From the IMG/VR virus record IMGVR_UViG_3300029479_000010: DNA of 39,179 nucleotides; one strand, written 5' to 3'. Below the pieces are notes generated by a model. The model made no database searches and was not told the DNA's origin. It saw nothing but the letters and a program-made list of their open reading frames with translations. Each line of letters begins with the position of its first letter. Position 1 is the first letter of the stretch. Below, in pieces: positions 26,250-36,269 of the stretch. The translations under genes were made by a program, and so were the position numbers. This stretch comes from a virus.

Positions 26250-29200
26250 GTGCCAGGTGATATGAAACCCTATATGGATTTGGCGGAGATAGCTGCACAG
26301 GAATTTCAAAATAAGACAGGTAGATATCTTGACCCTAATCTGATATGGGCACAATGGTACCACGAGACAGGTGGCTTTACGTCTGAACTCTTCCGAACAG
26401 GAAACAATTTAGGGGGCTTTACAACCACTGAAGATATGGGGGATGACTGGAGGCAGCCTGATGGAGACCTCTGGTATAAGCCTTTTTCTTCCAGAGAAGA
26501 AGGGGCAAGATTTGCTGGTGCTTATCTGGCAAATTATGTCGAGAACGGTATTGCAGATGCAACAGACCCTGTATCTTATGCACAGGCATTAAAGAATGGT
26601 GGTTATTATGGGGCGTCTGTAGAAGAATATGCTTCAGGGTTAACCCGTGCTTTAGGTGTGTCTCCTGATTTTCAGGTGTTTGAAGAGGCGCACCCAATAG
26701 GGCCTTGGGGAGAGACACCCGCACCTATTCCTGAAGACAACCGCCATCCGTCTTACTTTGAAAGAACATGGGAAGAAACAAAAGATAAATTTATTGATAA
26801 TGCAGTCGATGATGGTGCATGGGCTGTCTTAAGAAACCTTTGGGCAAACATAAATGCATCAGGAGTGTCCCACTTTCTGGATACATATAATCCATCTCAA
26901 GAAGAAGTAGAGATGGTTAAAAGAGAACTGCCAGATACAGATACACAAGGCAACAAGATAGCGGGAGCGTTAGCGGCACAGGAATATGTCTTAACACATG
27001 CATCCAGTGCAGAAGCCTTACAAGAGCTCCTCTACATGAAGCAAGAGGACATGCAGAGGAGGGCACGTGTTTCCCAGATGGAATATGGGCTATCTACATT
27101 GGGCTCTGTGGTGGGGGCTTTATTTGACCCTGTAACTATTGTAGCTGCGGGTGTCTCTGGTGGTACAGCCTTACTGGCAAAAGCTGGTAAGGTAGCTGCT
27201 TTAACTAAAAAGATTTCACTTTTAAAGAAACAAATGCGGGTGTCTTCGGCTATTACAGGTATGGATAATTTTGCCATTCAGTGTGGCACGAAAGTTGCTT
27301 TAGGCTCCGCAGTGGCTACAACAAACCGTTGGGCAGCAAAGAATTATGGGGGCTGGGAACCAGACTATGCTTCTGCTGCTTTCCTTGGTGGGGCCATTGG
27401 GGGCGCTATAGGCCTTGCAGGACGTTTGCGTAAAGCAGGTGTCCGTGGTAAGAAGATTAACGCCCTTGAAGACACCATAGAGCAGACTAAAAGAACCATA
27501 GTGGCACAGGCAGAGGATTATGTCTCCCCTATGTCACATAAAGGGCAGGTAGTAGACTACCTGTCCAAAGTAAACCAGAGGCGGCTGGCAGATGGCAGCA
27601 AAGAAGCACAGGAACTCATGGATGCTAATAAGCTCTTTATTGTGTCCAGAGAGCATGCAGAGAAATTGGCTGCCTACAATGGTATTTCTTTAGACAAGAA
27701 AGCAGTGGCCTTTACTGATAAGGCATCAGGGGTGTCTGTTCTATTATCCGATAAGGTGACACCTAAGAACATTAAGGGCTTAGTGGCACATGAGGTTGGT
27801 GTACATCAGGGTTTTAAGGCCATCGTTAAGGATAAAAAGATGTATGACAATATCATGGATATTGTAAAACAAAAGATGCAGCGGTCCTCTAACAAGGCAT
27901 GGAGACAAGCAGCAAAGCAGGCTGATACGCCAGAAGAGGCATTAGCTTATTGGGCAGAACACACTTTTAATAATAAAGATAGTTTATGGAAATATCTTAA
28001 AAAGGCCCTTTATAAAAATGAAGAAGACTTGTCTGATGTTGCTTTGAAGAAGCTGGTTCAGCAGAGTCTCAAAACAACAGGGTTATCTGCACTGGTAAAG
28101 CATCAACAAGCTTATCAGGACGTTGTTCATCTCATAGAAAAAAGACGCTATAATAAAGGTGCTATAAAATCTTATAGAAACTGGGAAAAAGCAAAGCAAC
28201 AGACAAAAACTACCGATGAAGCAATACAATATTGGTTATCTCATTATTATGATGAGAATGATAGAGTATGGCAGAAGCTTAAACGCAGTTTAGACACCCA
28301 GGGCATGCAAATAAATGATGCGGATATAAGAGATATTCTTGTAAGAGGATATGCGTTTAAAAATCAGCCCGTTGCATCCTCGCTTTCGGATGGGTCTAAT
28401 ATAGTTATGGATATTCATTATTCCAAAGACAATATGCTAACCCCTGTTCATGAGACCTTTATGGATACTAAAGGGGCTGTGTCTAAAGAAAATAAACACT
28501 GGTACCTTGATTTCCTGGGTCTTCATTTTTCTCCAGGGGAATGGCTGGAGGCAGGCTGGCTTCCTGGCACTCTTTATGGTAAGCTGGCCTCTTCCCGTCT
28601 GCCACGATTACGAGAAGCAGCAAATATCCTTTTACACGATGCACAAATGCGTGGCCATGAACGTTTTGGTATGACACAATCAACAGAGGACATTAAACGG
28701 TTTATGCAAGACCGCTGGCTGTCTATGTATAATGATTTTATGGATGACCGTATCAAATATACGGTAAAAACGTATGGTCATGTGGGGGCATTAAGGAATA
28801 AGTATATCAATAAAGTCAATGAAGACATTGTTAAATGTTATAACTTACTTAATGAAAACTGTGCGGCCCTGGGTAAGGCGGACACCCTGGCTAAATACCC
28901 TGCGGATATTGTGTCTTTAGCAAGGCGCATGAAAGCCATTCGCAAAGATATGATGGAATTTGGGGCAGCGGAAGGTGAAAAGTTAGGTGGACGAAAAGGT
29001 ACAGGAGCATATCTTAGTCATGATGGTCTCTTTAATGATGATGAGTTTTACCGTATTGTAGACATGGATAAGATGTATGACTATGTAGGGACACATTATT
29101 ATGGTGGCGCTAAAGGCTGGGATAAATTTCAGGATATGCTTACGGATTATGCAAGACGCAATGCAAATAGAAAAGTTATTAGAGAACAGCTTGAACATAA

Positions 29201-31145
29201 AGCCCAACAAGACTTTGATATTGCACGCCTCCAATATAACAGTAAACCTCATGGGCCTAAAGACGTCCCACCTGTTAAGACAGACGTAACCGATGAAGCC
29301 GTGGATGCCTGGATAGAGGAAAATGCTAAGGATTGGGCCTTTGGTATTAAGGATAGGCACATGTCTGATATGGAATTTATGGATGGCGATGTGTCTACTT
29401 TTAGAGACAGCATGGCCTCCTTTAATCACCGTTTTCCTATGGATACATCCGCTGAAATGGATATTGGTAACGGTGTTACCTTCTGTTTTGACCGAGATAT
29501 GCGTGATTTTGATATAGACAAAATTATGCCACAAATGATAAACAGAATGTCTGGTGATGTTGCCCTTCATGCAACCTTTGGAGAAGGGGGCACAAAAGAC
29601 TTTCTGGATACCTGCGCCCAAGAATTAGAAAAGAGCAAACATATATTGGGCAAAGGGGGTGCAGAGAGACAGAAAGATGCATTAAGACGTTCCATCCAGA
29701 TGATAAGAGGTGTGGGTGATTATAATACAGCCGACATGAAGAATTGGAACTTGCTGTCCAATATGATACGTAAGCACTCTTATGCAAACGTAGGTGGTAA
29801 CATGACCTTTGCACAGACAGGTGAAATTGGGTCTATGGTTGCTTACAGCGGCTTTCATTCTTTGCTGTCTGGTATTCCTGTCTTTGGCAAAACACTGGCC
29901 AGAGGCTGGCGACACATGTCTAATGGAGAACTGGCGTCTATAGCCGAAGCAGCCGAAAAGCATCTAAAAGGAGAGTCTATTGCGACCAAAGCGTGGCATA
30001 TGAGCTCCTCTATGACTAACCGTGCCTTTAGCCAGACCATGGCACATAATGATGACGGTTCACGTACCTTATTGTCCACAGTGGCCGATAGTGCTTACAA
30101 ATGGACGCATAGAGAGTCCTTATTGACCTCTACTGTAAACCAGATGACAAAGCTGACAGACGCTATGGAACAGGAGTCCCGCATTAGTGCCATTACAGAC
30201 CTTATAGACTGGGCAAATGGTAAAACATTTAGTGCCTTTAGGAACCCCGTAAGCGTAAAGAAACTGAAAGCAGCAGGAGTGTCTGATACGGTTAGCATGA
30301 AACGGGATATAAAGAAATACCTGGATGTTCCACAAGACCAGGTAGCAGCCTCCATGGACAAATGGATGCAGGAGTCTCCTGATACGTTTACATTATGGAG
30401 ACAGCTGGTTAGAAATCAATCACTGCGGTCTATACAGCAGCAAACTATAGGAAACACTGGGTACCTTAAAGATGCTAATTGGTTTACTAAACTGTTCTTC
30501 CAATTTAAAGATTTCACGTTCAGAACAATAAATGGACAGATGATGAGAGCTCTACAGTCCCATGAAGTGGACGATGGGATGGCATTAATGTTCTCTATGG
30601 GCACAAATGCTATGACTTACTATGGCTTGACAGTAGCTAGAGGATACGCTATGTACCCCAATGATACAGCTAAACGGGGCGCCTTCTTTGATAGAAACCT
30701 TACCGCACAGCGCTTAGCTTTGGCGGGGTTGACAAGAGCATCCTTTATGTCTATTCTGTCTGTAGGCACCGATGTAGCGGAAATGACTACAGGCTTCCAG
30801 GGCTTTAGAACTACAGTAGATAATACCTACAAAAAACCATATTCGGATATGTCAGTAGGCGGAAAGGCTGGGAAGTTTATTGGGCAGGCACCTGCTGCGG
30901 GTGTTATCGACAAGACCACATATGGGACAATTGGTGCTTATAATCTGGCAACACACCAGGGAGACACAAGAGATTTTGATAATCTCATGCGGTCTTTGCC
31001 GTTAGGCTCCTGGTGGGCTATGGTAGGTGTGTCTTCACTAATAAAGGATAATCTGAATTTGAAGAAACCCAGACCTAAGAAGGTAGCCCCGAAGAAACGG
31101 GAACATAAACAGAAAGGTCTTTTAGAAAAGCTGACAGGAGGTTAA
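26250..31145 (+). CDS. Internal virion protein D (gp16 homologue, 1631 aa). Its N-terminal domain is glucosaminidase/FlgJ-like (PF01832-type) instead of a soluble lytic transglycosylase (SLT) domain.
   Basis: Size and position. N-terminal AQWYHETGGF..NNLGGF resembles the ALESGWG..NNLFGIK glucosaminidase signature. GTG start with TAAGGAGG SD. Confidence 0.85.
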   Translation: MPGDMKPYMDLAEIAAQEFQNKTGRYLDPNLIWAQWYHETGGFTSELFRTGNNLGGFTTTEDMGDDWRQPDGDLWYKPFSSREEGARFAGAYLANYVENGIADATDPVSYAQALKNGGYYGASVEEYASGLTRALGVSPDFQVFEEAHPIGPWGETPAPIPEDNRHPSYFERTWEETKDKFIDNAVDDGAWAVLRNLWANINASGVSHFLDTYNPSQEEVEMVKRELPDTDTQGNKIAGALAAQEYVLTHASSAEALQELLYMKQEDMQRRARVSQMEYGLSTLGSVVGALFDPVTIVAAGVSGGTALLAKAGKVAALTKKISLLKKQMRVSSAITGMDNFAIQCGTKVALGSAVATTNRWAAKNYGGWEPDYASAAFLGGAIGGAIGLAGRLRKAGVRGKKINALEDTIEQTKRTIVAQAEDYVSPMSHKGQVVDYLSKVNQRRLADGSKEAQELMDANKLFIVSREHAEKLAAYNGISLDKKAVAFTDKASGVSVLLSDKVTPKNIKGLVAHEVGVHQGFKAIVKDKKMYDNIMDIVKQKMQRSSNKAWRQAAKQADTPEEALAYWAEHTFNNKDSLWKYLKKALYKNEEDLSDVALKKLVQQSLKTTGLSALVKHQQAYQDVVHLIEKRRYNKGAIKSYRNWEKAKQQTKTTDEAIQYWLSHYYDENDRVWQKLKRSLDTQGMQINDADIRDILVRGYAFKNQPVASSLSDGSNIVMDIHYSKDNMLTPVHETFMDTKGAVSKENKHWYLDFLGLHFSPGEWLEAGWLPGTLYGKLASSRLPRLREAANILLHDAQMRGHERFGMTQSTEDIKRFMQDRWLSMYNDFMDDRIKYTVKTYGHVGALRNKYINKVNEDIVKCYNLLNENCAALGKADTLAKYPADIVSLARRMKAIRKDMMEFGAAEGEKLGGRKGTGAYLSHDGLFNDDEFYRIVDMDKMYDYVGTHYYGGAKGWDKFQDMLTDYARRNANRKVIREQLEHKAQQDFDIARLQYNSKPHGPKDVPPVKTDVTDEAVDAWIEENAKDWAFGIKDRHMSDMEFMDGDVSTFRDSMASFNHRFPMDTSAEMDIGNGVTFCFDRDMRDFDIDKIMPQMINRMSGDVALHATFGEGGTKDFLDTCAQELEKSKHILGKGGAERQKDALRRSIQMIRGVGDYNTADMKNWNLLSNMIRKHSYANVGGNMTFAQTGEIGSMVAYSGFHSLLSGIPVFGKTLARGWRHMSNGELASIAEAAEKHLKGESIATKAWHMSSSMTNRAFSQTMAHNDDGSRTLLSTVADSAYKWTHRESLLTSTVNQMTKLTDAMEQESRISAITDLIDWANGKTFSAFRNPVSVKKLKAAGVSDTVSMKRDIKKYLDVPQDQVAASMDKWMQESPDTFTLWRQLVRNQSLRSIQQQTIGNTGYLKDANWFTKLFFQFKDFTFRTINGQMMRALQSHEVDDGMALMFSMGTNAMTYYGLTVARGYAMYPNDTAKRGAFFDRNLTAQRLALAGLTRASFMSILSVGTDVAEMTTGFQGFRTTVDNTYKKPYSDMSVGGKAGKFIGQAPAAGVIDKTTYGTIGAYNLATHQGDTRDFDNLMRSLPLGSWWAMVGVSSLIKDNLNLKKPRPKKVAPKKREHKQKGLLEKLTGG

Positions 31146-31146
31146 A

Positions 31147-31356
31147 ATGCATGAAGGGTATACAGGAGAATGGGATAATAATTGGGATTACTTATCCCCA
31201 GAAGAACAGAAAATACGGCTACGTATTTACGACACCATCCATAATGAGAGCGAGCTCTTCCAATATTATTCTTTAAAAGAGAAAATATGGGTAATTGTAC
31301 GGGGCTTTTTAGCTTTTTATGGCATTGCGGCTATCGTTGTACAGATATTAAATTAA
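31147..31356 (+). CDS. Hypothetical protein with C-terminal TM helix (69 aa)
   Basis: ORF with AGGAGG SD at 31136..31141 (5-nt spacer). Confidence 0.6.
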   Translation: MHEGYTGEWDNNWDYLSPEEQKIRLRIYDTIHNESELFQYYSLKEKIWVIVRGFLAFYGIAAIVVQILN

Positions 31357-31370
31357 TAGAGAAACAATGC

Positions 31371-31400
31371 GAGGGTCTTTATGGCCCTCTATTTTTTTTT
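31371..31400 (+). terminator. Rho-independent terminator-like hairpin gagggtc-tttat-ggccctc followed by a T9 run
   Basis: Stem (one G-U pair) and T tract read directly. Lies between the 31147 gene and the tail fiber gene. Confidence 0.6.
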
Positions 31401-31418
31401 GTATGAGAGAGGAGCCCT

Positions 31419-32921
31419 ATGGCTGACGAAAGAAAAACACAAGTGACATACCAGGGCAATGGGACACAACGGGTCTATTCTTTTTCGTTTGATTATCTTC
31501 GCAAGGCTTTTGTTAAAGTACGCTTGATAGATAATGAGACACGAAAAGAACTGGTACAGGGTACAGAATATACTGTAACAGATAAGCAAATTACCTTGGC
31601 GTCTCCCACTAACTTAAAGATAGAAATTGTAAGACAAACCACCACACAGCCTCTGGTAGCATGGAAAGATGCGTCTGTACTAAAAGCAACTGATATGTCT
31701 GTACAAGAAGTACAGCTTCTGCACTTGGCAGAAGAAACCAGAGATGAAGTACGTGATGGGGGTATGGCTTTGTCTGAAGCGGCACAGGCTTGGGATGCAC
31801 GTATGCACCGCATTATTAACCTTTTAGACCCTCAAGACCCCACAGATGCTGTTACACTGCACTACATCACAACAAATAAAGAGTCCTTTTTGAATGAACT
31901 GCAAACAAAAGGGCAGGAACAGGTGCAGGGTATTACACAAACAGGAAATACCTATTTAAATAGACTTAATGCTCTGAAACAGGCAGGGGAGAGTGCCGCA
32001 AGCGGTGCTGCCCAATCCAGCTTACAAGCAGCGGCCTCACAGAGCAAAGCTAAAGATTGGGCGATAGCAACGGGTTCTCCTGATGGACAAACCGATATAG
32101 AGTCTTCGACAGGTAAGACACAATCCAGCCGTTCATGGGCTTTAATTGCAAAAGACCTGTGGTCTCAATGCGTCTCTGTGCTAAATGAAGTAAAAAACCA
32201 CATACAGACTGCAATCAATAAGGCAAGAGAGGCAACTACAGCAGCCCAACAGGCTAATACTGCACAAGCAGTGGCACAACAGCAAGCAGCCAACGCAACC
32301 ACACAGGCAACACAGGCGGCACAATCTGCACAAGCTGCCGCAAAAAGCGCACAACAGGCTGCCACATGGGACCCCGATAATTACTACACTAAAGATAAGT
32401 CAGATGATAGATATTATCGTGAAGGTGTGCCCCTGCCAGTAACGTATGGTAACGAAGTTAATTTTGCGGGAAATGAAGAAACCATACAGTTCGGCTTTCG
32501 TGACCACAATATTAACACATATCGGTTTGGCAACGGCACGCAGGGCGGATTAGCTGATATTGTCGCAAAGGTATTTGATGGTAATTTGTGTTCTGGTACT
32601 TTTACTGGTACACAACAAATGAATGACTGGTTGCATCAGCACTATGAAGATGAGAACGTTTATGCTTGTCGTGTATACCGCGCCAATGAAATTGTGATTA
32701 ACGGCAATAAGCAATGGGGAACTGTTTTAATAAGTGCTTATCCAGTACATGACGAGCGCGCATTAACAATGCAACTGTTTTTTGCTAATTCTAACGGCTT
32801 GTTTTATCGCTATCTGAATACACCAGATGAGATAGATAATACAAATAATTGGTATCAGGTTGTGGGCACAAACAATGAGAATAAGCTAAAAATTGGTAAT
32901 AATTACATATGGTTTGCGTGA
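31419..32921 (+). CDS. Tail fiber protein (T7 gp17 homologue) with a divergent C-terminal receptor-binding region
   Basis: N-terminus VTYQGNGTQRVYSFSFDYLRKAFVKVRLI matches T7 LTYQLDGSNRDFNIPFEYLARKFVVVTLI. Ala/Gln-rich coiled-coil segment. Unique C-terminus. Confidence 0.9.
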   Translation: MADERKTQVTYQGNGTQRVYSFSFDYLRKAFVKVRLIDNETRKELVQGTEYTVTDKQITLASPTNLKIEIVRQTTTQPLVAWKDASVLKATDMSVQEVQLLHLAEETRDEVRDGGMALSEAAQAWDARMHRIINLLDPQDPTDAVTLHYITTNKESFLNELQTKGQEQVQGITQTGNTYLNRLNALKQAGESAASGAAQSSLQAAASQSKAKDWAIATGSPDGQTDIESSTGKTQSSRSWALIAKDLWSQCVSVLNEVKNHIQTAINKAREATTAAQQANTAQAVAQQQAANATTQATQAAQSAQAAAKSAQQAATWDPDNYYTKDKSDDRYYREGVPLPVTYGNEVNFAGNEETIQFGFRDHNINTYRFGNGTQGGLADIVAKVFDGNLCSGTFTGTQQMNDWLHQHYEDENVYACRVYRANEIVINGNKQWGTVLISAYPVHDERALTMQLFFANSNGLFYRYLNTPDEIDNTNNWYQVVGTNNENKLKIGNNYIWFA

Positions 32922-32931
32922 GGTGGTGTTC

Positions 32932-33150
32932 ATGGGTGTTTTTAAACATTTATGTTATCAGAAAGAAAACGGAGAAACAGGACAGTGTAATGTATATGAT
33001 GACCAGAACGAATGTCCAGACCCGCGAGCGTATGTCAATGTAGACGGAAGAGATGGCTATGTAAAACTGGGGGGGTTTAATGACCCGCAGGCAAGTCCTT
33101 TGCGATGTTATGTAGCCAATGCAGGACGAGAATTTGCTATTTTAAAATAG
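32932..33150 (+). CDS. Hypothetical Cys-containing protein (73 aa) downstream of the fiber gene
   Basis: ATG 32932 with GAGGTGG SD at 32920..32926. Confidence 0.55.
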   Translation: MGVFKHLCYQKENGETGQCNVYDDQNECPDPRAYVNVDGRDGYVKLGGFNDPQASPLRCYVANAGREFAILK

Positions 33151-33329
33151 GCGTAGAAGATAAGTATGTAAATGTTGTGCCTAAGACAGTTTACACCTTT
33201 CGCAAAATACGTATCTCAAAAGGGAATTATTGGCTGGTGGTCCTTGCGGGCGCCTCCTTTACTTCTTTATTTTTGGGAAAACAGCCCCTTGTTGTTTCCT
33301 GGGGGCCTGATATCAATAATCACACATAA
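33105..33329 (+). CDS. Possible small membrane protein (TM segment YWLVVLAGASFTSLFLG). Start uncertain.
   Basis: ORF only. No convincing RBS. Overlaps the previous gene. Confidence 0.2.
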   Translation: MLCSQCRTRICYFKIGVEDKYVNVVPKTVYTFRKIRISKGNYWLVVLAGASFTSLFLGKQPLVVSWGPDINNHT

Positions 33330-33339
33330 GGAGGAACAA

Positions 33340-33420
33340 ATGCGATATCACGATATGCTTACTTTTTGGTTTTTATTTTTATGCTTGCTTTTTGCATCCA
33401 GGTTGGTGGTGAAATTTTGA
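33340..33420 (+). CDS. 26-aa hydrophobic leader peptide ORF upstream of the holin
   Basis: ATG 33340 with AAGGAGG at 33328..33334 (5-nt spacer). Its TGA at 33418..33420 overlaps an in-frame TTG of the holin ORF at 33417. Confidence 0.4.
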   Translation: MRYHDMLTFWFLFLCLLFASRLVVKF

Positions 33421-33608
33421 GAACAGAAACATTTAGAAATGATGTTATAAAGGTTACGCCTTCAGCGGGTGTGACCTTTTCGACTTTTATGGGTTTTTCT
33501 TGGAACGAATGGGTCTACATACTGACCTGCATTTATACAGTAATTCAAATAGGTTGGCTGCTATACAAGATGTATAAAGCCATTAAAGAAGAAAGGAGAC
33601 ATGCATGA
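33417..33608 (+). CDS. Class II holin (T7 gp17.5 homologue)
   Basis: FSWNEWVYILTCIYTVIQIGWLLYKMYKAIKEE aligns with T7 gp17.5 LSLNEWFYVAAIAYTVVQIGAKVVDKMIDWKKA. The ORF spans 33366..33608. Alternative starts are TTG 33366 and ATG 33381. TTG 33417 gives a 64-aa product, like T7's 67. Confidence 0.6.
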   Translation: MRTETFRNDVIKVTPSAGVTFSTFMGFSWNEWVYILTCIYTVIQIGWLLYKMYKAIKEERRHA

Positions 33609-34078
33609 CACCTGATGAATTTATTAATTGGTTAGGGCCTAAAGCGGCCGCAGTGGCACATAAATGGAACCTTCCTGCATCCGTATTGATTGCACAGGGG
33701 GCTCTGGAGAGTGGCTGGGGACGGTATGTGATTGGTGATTACAACATCTTTGGCCGTAAATGGAACGGGACAGGCCCCTATATTGTCACAGAGACACAGG
33801 AGTGGTCTGATACATATGGCTACTATACGATTGAAGACCGCTTCCAGGATTACAATTCTTTGGAAGAAGCTTGCGAAGATTGGTGTATTTTGATGGCTGA
33901 AGAACCTGCATATGCGGAAGCATGGCAGATTTGGAGCAACACCTTTGATGTAGCCTCCTTTGTCTATGCTATGGGTAGTGTTTATGCAACCGACCCCGAC
34001 TATGCAAATAAAGTTTTGTCTATTATTGATGCAAATACACTGCAAGCTTACGATGATTATGGGGTGCATAACGCATGA
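33605..34078 (+). CDS. Endolysin, glucosaminidase family (mannosyl-glycoprotein endo-beta-N-acetylglucosaminidase/FlgJ-like)
   Basis: LIAQGALESGWGRYV...NIFG matches the PF01832-type signature. AAGGAG SD. Adjacent to the holin. Confidence 0.75.
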   Translation: MTPDEFINWLGPKAAAVAHKWNLPASVLIAQGALESGWGRYVIGDYNIFGRKWNGTGPYIVTETQEWSDTYGYYTIEDRFQDYNSLEEACEDWCILMAEEPAYAEAWQIWSNTFDVASFVYAMGSVYATDPDYANKVLSIIDANTLQAYDDYGVHNA

Positions 34079-34302
34079 TAAAAATTGATGAAAAGCTGAT
34101 AGACCAGATAGCAGAACTGGAAGTCACCGCACTGCTTGAAGGATTGAAAGACAAAGAGCTAAGAAAGAACCCCGCTTTTCTGGATAAGGTACGAAAGTTT
34201 CTTAAAGAAAACGATATGAAGACCACACCAGAAACTAAGGGAATGACAGAATTAAAGAAACAAGCAACCGAAGTAATTCCTATATTTAAAGACATGCGGT
34301 GA
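34075..34302 (+). CDS. Terminase small subunit (gp18-like)
   Basis: 75 aa, located immediately upstream of the large terminase. Positional homologue. Confidence 0.6.
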   Translation: MIKIDEKLIDQIAELEVTALLEGLKDKELRKNPAFLDKVRKFLKENDMKTTPETKGMTELKKQATEVIPIFKDMR

Positions 34303-34308
34303 TAAAGA

Positions 34309-36021
34309 ATGTGGACAGAAGAGCAGATAACAGAAGCAAGCAAAGATTTTCGTGTCTTTGTCTTCATGGTCTGGAAAAGTATTGGTCTTCCTGCCCCCAC
34401 GGCCATTCAATATGACATAGCAAAATACTTAATGACCCCACCTGGAGACCGCTTTATCATTGAGGGTTTCCGTGGGGTTGCTAAGTCTTTCCTAACTTGT
34501 GCCTATACGGTATGGCGATTGTGGAAAGACCCACAGCTAAAGGTATTGGTTGTCTCCGCCTCCAAAGACAGAGCAGATGCAAACGCTGTATTTATTAAAC
34601 GTATTATTATGCTGCTGCCTTTTTTGGAACCTTTGTTGCCACAAAGAGGACAAAGAGATACACAAAATCTTTTTGATGTTGGTCTTGCTGTCCCTGATAT
34701 TTCCCCGTCTGTTAAATCAGTGGGAATTACAGGCCAGATTACAGGGAGCCGTGCAGACCTGCTAATCGCCGATGACGTGGAGGTCCCAAACAATTCTGGG
34801 ACGCAAATACAAAGAGATAAGTTATCAGAAGCCGTCAAAGAATTTGATGCTGTCTTAAAACCGGGTGGTCAAATTATCTATCTTGGTACACCACAGAATG
34901 AAATGTCGCTTTATAATGAATTGACAAAACGTGGGTACAAAAAGATGGTATGGACAGTTACTTATCCAAAAAACCAAAAAGAACGCGAAAATTATGGGGA
35001 CGAATTAGCCCCCTTTATTGCCCAGAAGTTCGATATGAACCCCACAAGGTACAGTGGGCTGCCTACTGACCCTGAAAGGTTCGATGAAGACGAGATAGCA
35101 AAACGTAAGCTATCCTATGGGCGTGCAGGTTTTGCCTTACAGTTCATGCTCAATACGAACCTGTCTGACGCAGAAAAGTACCCATTGAAAGTAAAAGATC
35201 TCATTGTGGCTGATTTAGACCTTAATAGCTCCTCTATGAAATGGGCATGGTGCAGTGAGCCGTCTAAAAGGTTACATGATGTACCCTGTGTGGCACTTAA
35301 AGGTGATTACTTTTATGGAGCATTAAGTCGCTCTGAAGAGACAGAAAATTATACAGGAACAGTAATGGCGATAGATCCGTCTGGCCGTGGAAAAGATGAA
35401 TCAGCATACGCCATTGTAAAGTACCTAAATGGTTATTTATTTCTTATGGAAGTAGGAGGATATCGTAACGGTTATGCTCCTGAAACTCTTTCTGCTTTAG
35501 CTTTGAAGGCTAAATTTTATGGAGTTAATGAGGTTGTTATTGAGTCTAACTTTGGGGATGGTATGTTCTTACAGTTATTAAAACCCGTATTAAACAAAAC
35601 ACACCCTTGTGCTACTTCAGAAGTAAACAATAGGACACAAAAAGAACAGCGTATTATAGACACCTTAGAACCTGTTATGATGCAGCACAGACTTATCATA
35701 AATACCACAGTAATCATGGAAGATTATGGTGTCTATGAGGGCAACCCAGCGTACTCATTGTTTTACCAGATGACCCGTTTGTGTAACGAAAGGGGCGCAT
35801 TGGCACATGATGACCGCTTAGATGCTGTGTCTATGGCAGTAGCCCATTGGAAAGAAGTTTTGGATAGAGATGCTGATACGGGCATTGAAGAACACCTTGA
35901 AGAACAATTAGAAGCATGGTCTGACCCTGATAGGGGAATTACATATATTCCTGATATGGGTAAACAACAATTATCCACAGGACACTATCACCTTAAGAAC
36001 CTTGCTCCATATCGTTCATAG
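34309..36021 (+). CDS. Terminase large subunit (T7 gp19 homologue)
   Basis: GFRGVAKSFLTCAYTVWRLWKDPQLKVLVVSASKDRADANAVFIK matches T7 [45 protein letters not shown]. Confidence 0.95.
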   Translation: MWTEEQITEASKDFRVFVFMVWKSIGLPAPTAIQYDIAKYLMTPPGDRFIIEGFRGVAKSFLTCAYTVWRLWKDPQLKVLVVSASKDRADANAVFIKRIIMLLPFLEPLLPQRGQRDTQNLFDVGLAVPDISPSVKSVGITGQITGSRADLLIADDVEVPNNSGTQIQRDKLSEAVKEFDAVLKPGGQIIYLGTPQNEMSLYNELTKRGYKKMVWTVTYPKNQKERENYGDELAPFIAQKFDMNPTRYSGLPTDPERFDEDEIAKRKLSYGRAGFALQFMLNTNLSDAEKYPLKVKDLIVADLDLNSSSMKWAWCSEPSKRLHDVPCVALKGDYFYGALSRSEETENYTGTVMAIDPSGRGKDESAYAIVKYLNGYLFLMEVGGYRNGYAPETLSALALKAKFYGVNEVVIESNFGDGMFLQLLKPVLNKTHPCATSEVNNRTQKEQRIIDTLEPVMMQHRLIINTTVIMEDYGVYEGNPAYSLFYQMTRLCNERGALAHDDRLDAVSMAVAHWKEVLDRDADTGIEEHLEEQLEAWSDPDRGITYIPDMGKQQLSTGHYHLKNLAPYRS

Positions 36022-36158
36022 ATTGCAATGAAGGAGTCTATTTGCCCCTTGAAGGCACCTTAATGAGTCATATGTCATTCGAAAGAAAATAGAATAACTA
36101 ACAAAAATAATTTACACAGAATTTCCTTGAATGATAAATTGCTCATGAAAGATACAAG

Positions 36159-36192
36159 AGGGGTCTTCCTGACCAAAATAGACCCCTTTTTG
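36159..36192 (+). terminator. Rho-independent terminator-like hairpin aggggtct-loop-agacccct followed by TTTTT
   Basis: 8-bp stem and T run read directly, ~140 nt after the terminase stop. Confidence 0.55.
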
Positions 36193-36269
36193 AACGTTTT
36201 AAGAGCATAGGAAGAGTGGACTAATAATAAATAATAAAGACACTCTTTCTATTTGCTTTTCTTTTAGTA

